Below the pieces are notes generated by a model. It saw only the letters and a list, made by a program, of their open reading frames with translations, searched no databases and was not told where the DNA came from. A stretch of 64,000 bases of DNA, taken from a virus (lineage: Duplodnaviria > Heunggongvirae > Uroviricota > Caudoviricetes). Made by a program: the position numbers and the translations under genes. Positions 27,466-37,238 of this stretch are shown here, one piece after another; the stretch's first letter is position 1, and each line of letters starts with the position of its first letter. The stretch lies in IMG/VR virus record IMGVR_UViG_3300021479_000008, positions 55,003-119,002 of that record, one strand, 5' to 3'.

Positions 27466-30400
27466 TTATACACCTTCTCGTCTAAATCCCGCACTCCCAT
27501 AACGACCTCGCGTTTCGTACACTTTCTGCAACATTGCTTCAAAACTTGTCCCGCTACTCGAACCAACACTCATACTTGTATAAAGACTTTGCAGGGCTTT
27601 AATGTTTGCAGCTTCCGATTCTAACTGGGATTGCCGTGCTGTGATAACTGCCATCTCAATATTCGCACGTTTATTCGTAAGATTAAACAACTGGTTGTGT
27701 ACTGTCAATGATGTACTATCTGTTGCTCCACCAAATATTGCAGACGACTTTATTTGTGGAGTAGCAACTGGTCCCATCATAAAACTATGAATCCCATTTA
27801 TCATACTAACGATTGGCTTCGGAAGGACCCATTCCCCTTTATGACCGAATATCAATCCAGTACGACTGATTTCTCCACCTAAAGCATACTGAGGAGCGTT
27901 TGGATACTGATTCAATCCACCTGGGGGTGTTCCTCCACCCGGCGGAGTACCCCCTCCTGTTGACGTTCCCCCACTCTGCAACCAACTCACCAACCCCGTC
28001 ATATCGTATCCCTCGACTTCTCCCTGAGATACGTACTGTGACGCATCGGCTGCTGCGGCCGAATACTGTTTATTCAAAATCATATTAGGAAAATTCGGAT
28101 CGAGTGAAGCTACATACTGAGCCGCACTAGCATCTGTGGCTGGAACCAGAGATAACCAATTCGTAGCCCCATACTGTCCGGTAATCGTACCGGGTGGAAC
28201 GTACTGAGATAATCCCAACATCTGCATCAACGCATAAAGTATTCCTGTTCCTGTTGGTAATGCTCCTCCGGCCTCCATACTCGTCAACGTCTGCATTATG
28301 CTACCAGTTGACAGTCCAGTTCCCAACGAAGATACTATCTGGGATAAGGCTGCGATCTGAGCGACTTGAACGTTGATCTGTGATTCTTGTGCTGAGAGTA
28401 ACTGATTCTCCAATCCTATTCTGGTAGTTGCTAGATTGAATATCTGTGTTTCGGCTTGAACCTTGTACTGCTCCATACTAATCTGTTCGTTGATCTGTTC
28501 CAACTGCATGTCACGCTGATAACGGAGGACACCGATCTCTTGTCCTTTCGTCATTGCGGTTGTACGTTGACGAGTCAATACTCCTTGCGTCAATACGTCG
28601 TACTCCGACTGGGCTTCCTGATTTATCAACTGCTGTCTCTGGTACTCAAGATTGATTAACGTCAACCCATCTTGAATCGCTTGTTGCTGTGCGGTATTAA
28701 GCTGATTACTCAACGTTGTAACGTACTGTTGCAGACTGGCAGTTAGGTACTGGTTGGCATTTGCTACTTCCTGTGCGTTGCCTTGCGCAGCGGAAGCGAA
28801 TTGCTGATACTTTTGAATGATCGTATCCAACGACTGGATGTATTCTTGGAATTGGATCGGAGCTGACAACTGGATAAGTGATTGATTCAGATTCTGCAAC
28901 AACACTGTTTGTTCGTTTACTAACTGTTGAATCTGAGAGTCGATCTGTTGTATTACTGCTTGAGCCTGGGATGGGGTATATCCCTTTTTAGCGCCACCTC
29001 CTTTACCACCTTTTTTACCAGCTCCACCTGATGACAACATCGCTATTGCTTGTTGTCTCTCTGCTCTTAGATCTGCAATGGCTTGCGTCAACGATATCGT
29101 ACCAGCTTGTAGATCGGAAACTATTGACTGCAACTGTGTTTGAATCTTGTGAATATCTTGCTGTAATTCTTTATTCTTGGAACCGAAAATACCGCCTAAC
29201 GTTGCACCGACTCCTAACCCAATCAATCCGCCAAACGGAACACCAAGCTTAGAACCAAATTCCGCACCGGCCATACCACCACTCAACGCACCACCAGCTC
29301 CCGACTTACCGGCGGTGAGTCCTTGAATTAGCCCCATTACTCCTTGAATCACACCTGATAAGTCGTCACCAAAATGCTTCAACCTTTCACTAGCCGATTT
29401 CGAAGAATTAAATAGCTCTGTAAAACTTTTACCCAATGAACTGAAAATATTGGATGGCCCTTCCCCAGTCTCTTGTTGCTTCTGCTTTATTGCATCCTGG
29501 CGTTGACCGAATACTCCAATATTCTGAGACGATTGCTGCATCTGCCCGAATAATTCTGATATCCCGGCTGCCGTTTTGCTTCTGGGAAAGACTCCGGCCA
29601 AACCACTTATAGATCCGAATATACCACTCAACTGCGTCGATACGTCTTTCAACTTAATCAATTCTTGCGTTAACTTCTGAATCGACAACATCGTTTGTTC
29701 TATATCTTCCTGTCGTTTTAACTCCGCGTCTGATCCTGGTGCGAATTTCTGTGCTTGTAAAGCTTGCAGGTGCTGTTGGGCTAACGAAGCTAACTGTTGT
29801 TTCGCACTGACTTCCAATCCAAACGATCTGCCTGTTATGTCTCCGGCTGCTATCTGTGCTTGTGTTTGTAACGGACGTGTTTGCAACTGGTATTGGGTTT
29901 GTAGTGCACGTAAACGTACCTCATCTTCAGACTGATCCAACAAAGCTAACTTCTTGTTTCTATCTTCTCTATTTTTATCTTGCTCGTCTTCTATCTTTTG
30001 TGTCTCGGCTCTATTCTTCTTTGCGACGGCTAGCTGATTATCCAATCCATTCTTAACTGCGAGATACTCAGCTATGATTAACGTTCTACGCTTGTCGAGA
30101 TAATCGTCAGCAGAAACCAGACCTTCATGGAAATCTTTCTCCAACAAAGCTTGACGTGTGGCGATACCTTCTTTAACTATCGCTGTTAGATGCTCTTCAT
30201 GACTACGCTTTGCTGTTTCTGTGTCTTGCTCAAGTTGCCGATCCGCAGCATAATTCTTTTCCTGAAACGCTGTGTTTTCTTTCTCACGTTTATCCTGAGC
30301 AGAAAGATTCTCTTTCTCAATCTTCTCTTGGGTAATCTTATGTGGTTCGGCTGTATCTTTTGCCGTCTTCGTTATGAAACCAATCTGGGCTTTTCTATCG

Positions 30401-32292
30401 TCTTCGATCTGCTTTAGTCTGGCAGCATGTTGCTCGGCATATAATTGCTTTTCACGGGTAACTTGCTGTTCAAGACTAATACGTCCGGCTTCGTAATCCT
30501 GTTTTGCAAGATCGATCTTACGTTTGTTGTACTCGACTTCAATATCGTACTTCAACTGGGCTGTTTCTTTAGCGATCTGCAACTCCAACTGTTGCTGTTG
30601 TTTTAACGCCGGAATGTTAAGATTCAAATCGTGTTGTGCACCTGCTGCTGGAGTTGGCTTTTGACCATACCTGAACTGGGCCGCGTCTAATACGTCTTTT
30701 CCGTACTGGATACGGGAATCATTTATCTCCTGTTCCATTGCTGTACGGATTTTCTTTACTTCATCGAACTTACCATGCATCACTGCATCGAGTATGTCTC
30801 CAGTATGACTTATCTTGATGGCAGCTTCGTTTACGTATTCTGCCATCGTAAGGAAACCAATGGACAACTGGGAAATAAAAGTACGGAATGGATCTGTTTT
30901 CTTTTGCAGCGAATCTAACGATGTTCCAACACCAAACAATGCCGATGCGAGACGGGAGTAAGCATCTATCTCTGCTCCGACTAGATGCAAAGTAGCAATA
31001 AACAACTTCAGGGCAGGAGTGACTACTTCTAACGTATCGCCGATCTTAGTTCCTATCCAAGTTACAAATGCTGACAACTTAGGTTGTATCTGAGTAATGA
31101 TTGACGATAATTCACTAACTACGTTCTTAAATCCTTCACTACGGGAAATGGAAACAGCCATATCGTCCATCAAATTCTTCTGGACGATTTGCCATTGCTT
31201 CAACAACTCTGGAAGCGTTGCGGCAGGAGTACCTATAGCTCTTTCTCTGGCTTCCAACGCAGCTAATACCTGATTGAACTGCATTGTGTTTCTAGTGTTA
31301 GCATCGGTTGCTGCACTTACTCCTTTCAGAGCGAGCTCTTGTCTAGTAAGGCCTGTGACCATTGCAAGAATCTGGGTACGGCCTGTTTTCGATGCTCGTT
31401 CCAAGGCGGTCATTGCTTGGGTAGCGTCTTTACCTTGTGCACGTGCAAGATCGACAGTTGCTTTTACCAATCTGGCTATATCGTCTGTACTAACCTTCAG
31501 ACCTTGCTGCATGTAGTTATTGGCAATACGATACAACTGAACGTCATCCGCCAATCCACGTGTTGCAGTACGTAACTTATTCAAGTACTCATCTGGAGAT
31601 ATTCCAGCCCGTGCTGTAAGTTTCTCAAACTGTTCTCGCAACTGAACTGCCGGACCAGTGGCTTCTACTAACGCTTCTCCCAAAGCGTGTATCTTCTCTC
31701 CAGCTTTACCAAGAAGCTCTATTACACCGGCACCGATTAATCCTCCGGCTAATACCCCACCTGCCACACTTCCAAGTACACCCCCTCCTGCCAGTCCACT
31801 GGCAAACCTTCCTATACCCGCCAGTAACCCGCCTTCATTTCCCGTTCTTGTTGTACCGGCTGCGCCCCGTGCTTGTATTTTTGTTTGTTGTTCTGACAAC
31901 CTGACTTGTTGCTGGAGAATGCGGAGACGTTCCTGTTCAAGACGTAAGTTACCAGTTGCTATGGTTTGCTGTTTCTTCGATTCGGCTGTTTCTAAGGCAC
32001 GTTGCTGGATGGTGGTTTTTATCGTTTCTTGATTTTTACGTTCCCACTGAGCCTTTGCGGCGTCAATGGCTTGCAACGTTCTCGCTTCTGCCGTTAACCG
32101 TTTCTGTTCTTCTATCTGCTTACGAGTGAGATCAATCTGCTCCTTTTGAATACTCTTCATCGATGTCGCATCAGCTTTGGCTTTCTGGTTTATAGCGTCA
32201 AGCTGACTACGCATCTGACGGACAGTGGCTTGCCACCCAGCGGTATCGATGACTGACTTTATCAGGAGCTTTTTGGTAATATCACTCGCCAT
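27466..32292 (-). CDS. tail tape measure protein (1608 aa)
   Basis: Long coiled-coil, Gln/Ala-rich protein with Gly-rich segments. Positioned after the chaperone pair and before the fiber. Confidence 0.75.
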   Translation of the reverse strand: MASDITKKLLIKSVIDTAGWQATVRQMRSQLDAINQKAKADATSMKSIQKEQIDLTRKQIEEQKRLTAEARTLQAIDAAKAQWERKNQETIKTTIQQRALETAESKKQQTIATGNLRLEQERLRILQQQVRLSEQQTKIQARGAAGTTRTGNEGGLLAGIGRFASGLAGGGVLGSVAGGVLAGGLIGAGVIELLGKAGEKIHALGEALVEATGPAVQLREQFEKLTARAGISPDEYLNKLRTATRGLADDVQLYRIANNYMQQGLKVSTDDIARLVKATVDLARAQGKDATQAMTALERASKTGRTQILAMVTGLTRQELALKGVSAATDANTRNTMQFNQVLAALEARERAIGTPAATLPELLKQWQIVQKNLMDDMAVSISRSEGFKNVVSELSSIITQIQPKLSAFVTWIGTKIGDTLEVVTPALKLFIATLHLVGAEIDAYSRLASALFGVGTSLDSLQKKTDPFRTFISQLSIGFLTMAEYVNEAAIKISHTGDILDAVMHGKFDEVKKIRTAMEQEINDSRIQYGKDVLDAAQFRYGQKPTPAAGAQHDLNLNIPALKQQQQLELQIAKETAQLKYDIEVEYNKRKIDLAKQDYEAGRISLEQQVTREKQLYAEQHAARLKQIEDDRKAQIGFITKTAKDTAEPHKITQEKIEKENLSAQDKREKENTAFQEKNYAADRQLEQDTETAKRSHEEHLTAIVKEGIATRQALLEKDFHEGLVSADDYLDKRRTLIIAEYLAVKNGLDNQLAVAKKNRAETQKIEDEQDKNREDRNKKLALLDQSEDEVRLRALQTQYQLQTRPLQTQAQIAAGDITGRSFGLEVSAKQQLASLAQQHLQALQAQKFAPGSDAELKRQEDIEQTMLSIQKLTQELIKLKDVSTQLSGIFGSISGLAGVFPRSKTAAGISELFGQMQQSSQNIGVFGQRQDAIKQKQQETGEGPSNIFSSLGKSFTELFNSSKSASERLKHFGDDLSGVIQGVMGLIQGLTAGKSGAGGALSGGMAGAEFGSKLGVPFGGLIGLGVGATLGGIFGSKNKELQQDIHKIQTQLQSIVSDLQAGTISLTQAIADLRAERQQAIAMLSSGGAGKKGGKGGGAKKGYTPSQAQAVIQQIDSQIQQLVNEQTVLLQNLNQSLIQLSAPIQFQEYIQSLDTIIQKYQQFASAAQGNAQEVANANQYLTASLQQYVTTLSNQLNTAQQQAIQDGLTLINLEYQRQQLINQEAQSEYDVLTQGVLTRQRTTAMTKGQEIGVLRYQRDMQLEQINEQISMEQYKVQAETQIFNLATTRIGLENQLLSAQESQINVQVAQIAALSQIVSSLGTGLSTGSIMQTLTSMEAGGALPTGTGILYALMQMLGLSQYVPPGTITGQYGATNWLSLVPATDASAAQYVASLDPNFPNMILNKQYSAAAADASQYVSQGEVEGYDMTGLVSWLQSGGTSTGGGTPPGGGTPPGGLNQYPNAPQYALGGEISRTGLIFGHKGEWVLPKPIVSMINGIHSFMMGPVATPQIKSSAIFGGATDSTSLTVHNQLFNLTNKRANIEMAVITARQSQLESEAANIKALQSLYTSMSVGSSSGTSFEAMLQKVYETRGRYGSAGFRREGV

Positions 32293-32294
32293 AG

Positions 32295-32834
32295 CTATCG
32301 CCTAAGTTTGTATGCATCACGTATCTGTTGGGTGACTGGATCGGATTCGTCAACCATCTTAATAGCTCCCATGTCGGGGAACGGAATATTCAGGCAAGCA
32401 AAATACCTCTTAGCTTCCTCGCCTGTAACCTGAGATAGAACAATTTCTCCTTTCCTCGCGACTAGTTTTCCACGTGCGTCGTAAATATCTTCCTTCGCGT
32501 AGAATTTCTCCGGCAAGTCGGCTGGAATGTGATCGTTTGGTCCGTAGATTCCATGTTTCTTTTTCTTCATTGTACCTTCTTCTTGTACTTCAGTTTCATC
32601 TTCTTCTGTCTCGTCTGTCTTGATCTTGTTCTTGAAATGGAAATGCTGTTCCTGTGATCTCCATGCCATCAATACTAATTCTGACGTTGTGAACTTTTTC
32701 CGTATCTCACGCAACGGCAACTGAAATGTCTCCACCAAGGAACAAGCTGCTGCTACACTTGGATACTTGGCCCTTCCAACATCGTCTTTGTCTTCAGGCC
32801 ACTTAGGGAGACGCGCGAGAAAAAATCCCGTATT
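32295..32834 (-). CDS. frameshift extension of the tail assembly chaperone (gpGT-like C-terminal part)
   Basis: The -1 frame opens at a TAG two codons upstream of the U_UUU_UUC slip site and runs to 32295. A fusion product of about 390 aa is predicted. Confidence 0.55.
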   Translation of the reverse strand, partial: NTGFFLARLPKWPEDKDDVGRAKYPSVAAACSLVETFQLPLREIRKKFTTSELVLMAWRSQEQHFHFKNKIKTDETEEDETEVQEEGTMKKKKHGIYGPNDHIPADLPEKFYAKEDIYDARGKLVARKGEIVLSQVTGEEAKRYFACLNIPFPDMGAIKMVDESDPVTQQIRDAYKLRR

Positions 32835-33469
32835 CTATTCACCTTCAACTGGGCTTCAACGATGTTCCATTGACGATTGGAACTGATATTGCTTTGTACC
32901 CACTTACGAGTAATTTCTGGATCATCTCCAAATGGATTCAAGACTATAACTACGGCATCGGCCAAGGCTCCCAACGATTCGTCTATCAACTCAAGAACGG
33001 CTTTGGCTTTATCCTCAAATTGCATATCCATACCCGCTTGAGTAAAAGCTTTCAACGATTGGGCTTTTTCGATCAACTTTTCCTTGAACTGGTGGTAGAA
33101 CTTCAATTCGGAATCTTGGGGAAGCTCACGAATGGTAAACGTCTTCGTTTCTTCATGTGTCTTACCGACGTTTACTGGCAACGTGAACGTATCGTATTCC
33201 TGGGATAAGAGTGCTTGGAGATCTTCGTGCGTGGGCGGTTTTTGTTCTTCTTCGATCTGAGTACGTATGCGCGTAAGCTCCGCTTGCATTACTTTCTCGT
33301 ACTCTTTTCTTACACCGTCAAGCTCTTCATCTTTCCATACCTTCAACAACATCTCACATTCTTTACGTACTTCGAGATACACCTCTCCCCGAATACGGTG
33401 CTTCTCAATCCATTCTGGTGTTTGTGTTACTGTGGCAGGTTGTACTTCGGTTTCTTTTACTTCTTCCAT
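32753..33469 (-). CDS. tail assembly chaperone (gpG-like)
   Basis: Acidic 238-aa protein between the tail tube gene and the tape measure gene. Ends 15 nt before a -1-frame ORF and has a slippery heptamer near its 3' end. Confidence 0.6.
   Translation of the reverse strand: MEEVKETEVQPATVTQTPEWIEKHRIRGEVYLEVRKECEMLLKVWKDEELDGVRKEYEKVMQAELTRIRTQIEEEQKPPTHEDLQALLSQEYDTFTLPVNVGKTHEETKTFTIRELPQDSELKFYHQFKEKLIEKAQSLKAFTQAGMDMQFEDKAKAVLELIDESLGALADAVVIVLNPFGDDPEITRKWVQSNISSNRQWNIVEAQLKVNRIRDFFSRVSLSGLKTKTMLEGPSIQV
32819..32825 (-). other. programmed -1 ribosomal frameshift slippery heptamer U_UUU_UUC
   Basis: Minus-sense GAU UUU UUC in the chaperone reading frame. Both P- and A-site codons re-pair as UUU in the -1 frame. 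Confidence 0.6.
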
Positions 33470-33506
33470 AATTGATCTCCAGTCTAAACTGCTTAATTAG
33501 GAACAA

Positions 33507-34277
33507 CTAGTTACAATGGTGATGTTTACTGCTGATTATCTCAAACACTGTACTGGAATAATGCTTCAACGCACGTTCAATTTTACGTTTGATATGTGGT
33601 AACAACCAACCTTTGACCTCTATAAACTTAAACTCATCTGGTAGATAGAAATCAGGTGTCCAAGTTTTAACAGGACGTACCCCAACATCAAAAGTGAACG
33701 CTTCGTACAACCATTTCTTTCCTTTCCTATCAAGATATTTAGCGTAGTTTACTTCGGACTTACAACGCATTGCTATACGACCGCACTTTCCATTATACCA
33801 AACCGTACGTGGGCCGCGCGGTCGTCCGACTGGGTCTTGCCCTTTCATCGTAGCTTTAAGTTTTGGAACAGTGACTTCGTGGTGGATTTTAAGACGCGCT
33901 GCACGACGTACTGGATCGGCCCAGGCTGTTTTCATTGCTGCAATACGCTTTGCACGTTTCTTTTTGTTCCTCCATGCTTTCTTTTGACCTTTGATCATTG
34001 CTTTTGTTACACGTTCTATGACGCCTGTTTCTCGACGAGTAGCTACGCGGCGTGCATAATTATCTTCCAATTCTTCCTTAGACGTGTTCTTGTAGTAATC
34101 ACTAACAGCTTTACGTCCTTTGGCAGATTTATTCCTACGTATCAACTTTCTAATAGCTTTAGCAGAAGCGTGTCGTGAAGCAGCGTGTGAGGCTGGATTA
34201 TGACCACGGGCGTAATCTTTTCCTTGGTTCACTACAGCCTCACACTCGGGTTTGCATTTACACGTTTTCATTGTCAC
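33507..34277 (-). CDS. putative homing endonuclease (PD-(D/E)XK-like) inserted in the tail module
   Basis: C-terminal TPDFYLPDEFKFIEVKGW has a D ... E.K nuclease-like motif. Basic Arg/Lys-rich N-terminus. Promoter copy 6 directly upstream. Confidence 0.4.
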   Translation of the reverse strand: MTMKTCKCKPECEAVVNQGKDYARGHNPASHAASRHASAKAIRKLIRRNKSAKGRKAVSDYYKNTSKEELEDNYARRVATRRETGVIERVTKAMIKGQKKAWRNKKKRAKRIAAMKTAWADPVRRAARLKIHHEVTVPKLKATMKGQDPVGRPRGPRTVWYNGKCGRIAMRCKSEVNYAKYLDRKGKKWLYEAFTFDVGVRPVKTWTPDFYLPDEFKFIEVKGWLLPHIKRKIERALKHYSSTVFEIISSKHHHCN

Positions 34278-34290
34278 GTATCCTCTGTAT

Positions 34291-34303
34291 TTATTATACA
34301 GAA
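34291..34303 (-). promoter_or_regulatory. extended -10 promoter copy 6
   Basis: Minus-sense TTTTCTGTATAATAAATACAGAGGAT...ATG. Confidence 0.5.
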
Positions 34304-34316
34304 AACACAGAACAAC

Positions 34317-35366
34317 TTAAATACCAACCGCCTCGTTGCTACGCATGTAATACCCCTTGTAGGCTACCACAGTTTCACCATCAAGCGGGTCGTCGAATGC
34401 TAGTGCGTTGAACTGTGCATCCAACTGACTTCCATGCTGGTCTGTAGTACCAGAGTTCTCAATCGTCCAGTCCGCAGCAATGTCTTTGTTCTGGGCAATT
34501 GACAGGTGGGGGTAATAGATCACCAACTGAGCAGTGTCAACTGTGTTCGATTGGAACAAACCTGACCACTCAGAGATAAACGTACCACCTTCTCTGGCTA
34601 GGAATCCTTTGATCGGAATAACTTTGAACTGTGCTCCAGCGGCAAAGGCTCCTGTCTGTGTGTTCAAGTTTGGACCACTTGCTGACGATGGGAACGATCC
34701 ACCACCAACGAATGGCTGGTCTAGTGTCAACGTCAACCCGTTTATACCGACTACCCTTGCGACGTAATCCGTATTCTTTCTAAAGTAGTCAATGTCCGTT
34801 ACTGCGTTCTGGTATACAGGAACACCGGCATCCGACAATGCTGATCCGAATGTTCCAACTACATAGTCGATGTCCATAGCGATGTAACTGCCTACATAGA
34901 TCTGGACTGTGGCTGGGATACGGTCTAACGTTAACGTTGGTGCTGTGTTCTGCGGTGCATTCCAGGCTACCGGGCTGCCTGGGTTGTAGACTGTGGCGAT
35001 TGCAAATGGAGAACCCGATGCTGACAACGGTCCAATGTTTCCACCGGCCAAACCAGTGGCTGCCAGAATGTTGAATACGTTGGAACCTGTTGCCAACTTC
35101 CACTGCATTCTTCCGTACTCGTTGAACTGGCACTCGAACGATTCTGCTACCTGACCGCGGTACTGTGCACGAATGGCTCCACGATAACCAGACGTTACTT
35201 GACCGATCTTCGATCCGACGGTCAGCTTAAAGTTTTTAATCCACCCAAGGTCTGCCATACCAAACGGTGGATAATACGAATCGAATGGACCCTGTGTCAT
35301 ATCAACGATGGTTGGCCCAACTAACGTACTGGCAATGGCCGATCCTTGGGCATAGTTATACGGCAT
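34317..35366 (-). CDS. major tail (tube) protein
   Basis: 349-aa Gly/Ala/Thr-rich protein upstream of the chaperone pair and preceded by a 324-nt leader. No sheath-sized gene is present. Confidence 0.45.
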   Translation of the reverse strand: MPYNYAQGSAIASTLVGPTIVDMTQGPFDSYYPPFGMADLGWIKNFKLTVGSKIGQVTSGYRGAIRAQYRGQVAESFECQFNEYGRMQWKLATGSNVFNILAATGLAGGNIGPLSASGSPFAIATVYNPGSPVAWNAPQNTAPTLTLDRIPATVQIYVGSYIAMDIDYVVGTFGSALSDAGVPVYQNAVTDIDYFRKNTDYVARVVGINGLTLTLDQPFVGGGSFPSSASGPNLNTQTGAFAAGAQFKVIPIKGFLAREGGTFISEWSGLFQSNTVDTAQLVIYYPHLSIAQNKDIAADWTIENSGTTDQHGSQLDAQFNALAFDDPLDGETVVAYKGYYMRSNEAVGI

Positions 35367-35690
35367 GAAGTAAGCGCGCCATCCAGCACCTACAACTAAT
35401 TTATTTTTTCTGAACCATTTGTTACTCTTCCATACTGGAAGGAGCTAGTCATTTCTGCTAGCTTCTTACGGTTGTCATTCCCGTAATGAGCGGACTATTG
35501 CATCACCCGTAGGTGTCTTCTCGCTTAGTCTCTCAGCCTGCTTTCGCTTGGCCCTCGTTGGCATCTCAGCGTCCGAGTCAATCAGAGAAGATTTAACCAG
35601 CCCCGCAGTTAAGGCTGTTGTAAACTTTTTGGAAAACTCATTTCTTTCTCCTTTTTACCGCCTTAGGCGGCTGGGATTAGCGTTGCATCC

Positions 35691-36239
35691 CTACGACGCA
35701 ATCGCATCCGACATATCTACCAAACGGGTCATCGCCGACCCATAGATGACTCCAGTTGCTTTGTCGAGCTTGGAATGAAACTCCAGTGGCTTCCATTCGA
35801 TTACCTCCGGAGGATTCAAAGGAGTACCAGTCCAATTATCGTTATTGTCTTCCGCCCAACTCAGCTTGGGAGCATATCCTGGAGCCGACGCATAGAGTAA
35901 CTCGCCCTTCATAGCTTCCAACGTTCTGAATCTCGTCCCACGACTCGCCTGACGTATCCCTTGTACCAGCTCTTGTCCTTTATTGATCCAGACCCATTGA
36001 ACTTGGCGCAGCAAAATCGGTATATATGTCGAATAACCGTCTCTTCCGATTGGAACATCTCCCACGTTAAGGAGATAAAAAGCGTCGAACTTTACGTTCT
36101 TGTTTGGCCAGTCTTGTGCGTCCAACATTCCGGCGACTACGTTACCAGCTTTCAGTCCCAATACAGTACGCTTCGTTACCGCATTGATACGTGCCCGCCA
36201 GTACTGGTAGAAGCTGTCCACTGCATCAACACTTGGCAT
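35691..36239 (-). CDS. hypothetical virion protein
   Basis: 182 aa in the head-tail region. Confidence 0.4.
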   Translation of the reverse strand: MPSVDAVDSFYQYWRARINAVTKRTVLGLKAGNVVAGMLDAQDWPNKNVKFDAFYLLNVGDVPIGRDGYSTYIPILLRQVQWVWINKGQELVQGIRQASRGTRFRTLEAMKGELLYASAPGYAPKLSWAEDNNDNWTGTPLNPPEVIEWKPLEFHSKLDKATGVIYGSAMTRLVDMSDAIAS

Positions 36240-36247
36240 TTATTTCC

Positions 36248-36730
36248 TCACATCTGTCGTGTCATGTAGAGATTTTTCAAGATACTATACTTCTCCGGTC
36301 CAAAGAACAACTGCAACTTCTCTTTCCATTCTTCCGACGGTGGTTCCATGAGCAGACCATAGAATAAAAATCCCAGCCAGAAGCCTTCACTGACTTTGAG
36401 ATTCTTCCAACTGTTACAATTCATTGTGAATGTAGCTCCGAAGAAATCCTTTACGTCTCTCATGTCTGCGTCTGACATAATCGCATCTTTGAAATTGGAA
36501 CGATGAAGGTCTGCTCCTTTCCACGTGGTAAACATCACGTTACTGCCTTCAAAGTTGGCGTAACGAAGATTGCAATTCACGAACTTACTGTATGGCAATC
36601 TGGCAGAACGGAAGTCTGCTCGCTCAAGATCCATTCCGGTGAAATCGCAATCGTGTAGTGACATGCTACGAAAATCCTTCTTACGTTCCTTACAGATCTT
36701 TTCCAACTGTTCCCGCGTAAATTGTCCCAT
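36248..36730 (-). CDS. pentapeptide repeat protein
   Basis: Tandem A(D/N)LxxAxL-type pentapeptides (DCDFTGMDLERADFRSARLPYSKFVNCNLRYANFEGSNV...GADLHRSNFKDAIMSDADMRD). Confidence 0.65.
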   Translation of the reverse strand: MGQFTREQLEKICKERKKDFRSMSLHDCDFTGMDLERADFRSARLPYSKFVNCNLRYANFEGSNVMFTTWKGADLHRSNFKDAIMSDADMRDVKDFFGATFTMNCNSWKNLKVSEGFWLGFLFYGLLMEPPSEEWKEKLQLFFGPEKYSILKNLYMTRQM

Positions 36731-36739
36731 ACCTACCTC

Positions 36740-37237
36740 TTATCCAAGAACCAACGTTTTAGTGTCATCTACGTCGTCAAGAATTGGATCCCCATCTTCA
36801 ATGACCTGGAAAGAATCTCGTAACTGACCCGTATCGACTGGAGCAGAGTCTTGAAGTAACTGCTTGCACAACTTCATGGCTCGTACTCCAGCCTTTTGTA
36901 TTTCTGTAGTAATATCTTTCGGGTTAGTACTCGAAAACTTTGCTCTTTCTAATTCTTGACTTAACGCATCCCAAAAATCGTTCTCGTGAATAGACACAAA
37001 ACCGAATGGGGCCTGTATGCTTAACCAGACTTGTTCTCCACTTGGATTAGTACCCAAAACGGTCTTGGGACCAGGCTTTGTCTGTCGTGCCGAACCCCAC
37101 TCCCACACTTCTGCATAGGCGGCTGCATCTCCAGTAGCAGCGACACCGACGGATATCTCCTTGTCGTGTTCTGCAAACTCGAGCAGGAACTCGTCAAGTC
37201 TTTCTATCGACAACGTACCTGATATCGTCGGTATCAT
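36740..37237 (-). CDS. hypothetical virion protein
   Basis: 165 aa in the head-tail joining region. Confidence 0.4.
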   Translation of the reverse strand: MIPTISGTLSIERLDEFLLEFAEHDKEISVGVAATGDAAAYAEVWEWGSARQTKPGPKTVLGTNPSGEQVWLSIQAPFGFVSIHENDFWDALSQELERAKFSSTNPKDITTEIQKAGVRAMKLCKQLLQDSAPVDTGQLRDSFQVIEDGDPILDDVDDTKTLVLG

Positions 37238-37238
37238 A

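Noticed and set aside
35650-35690. preQ1-type riboswitch upstream of the tail gene (hairpin followed by an A-rich tail and SD)
   Set aside because: The hairpin loop is only 3 nt and lacks the conserved preQ1-I loop nucleotides. The resemblance is superficial.
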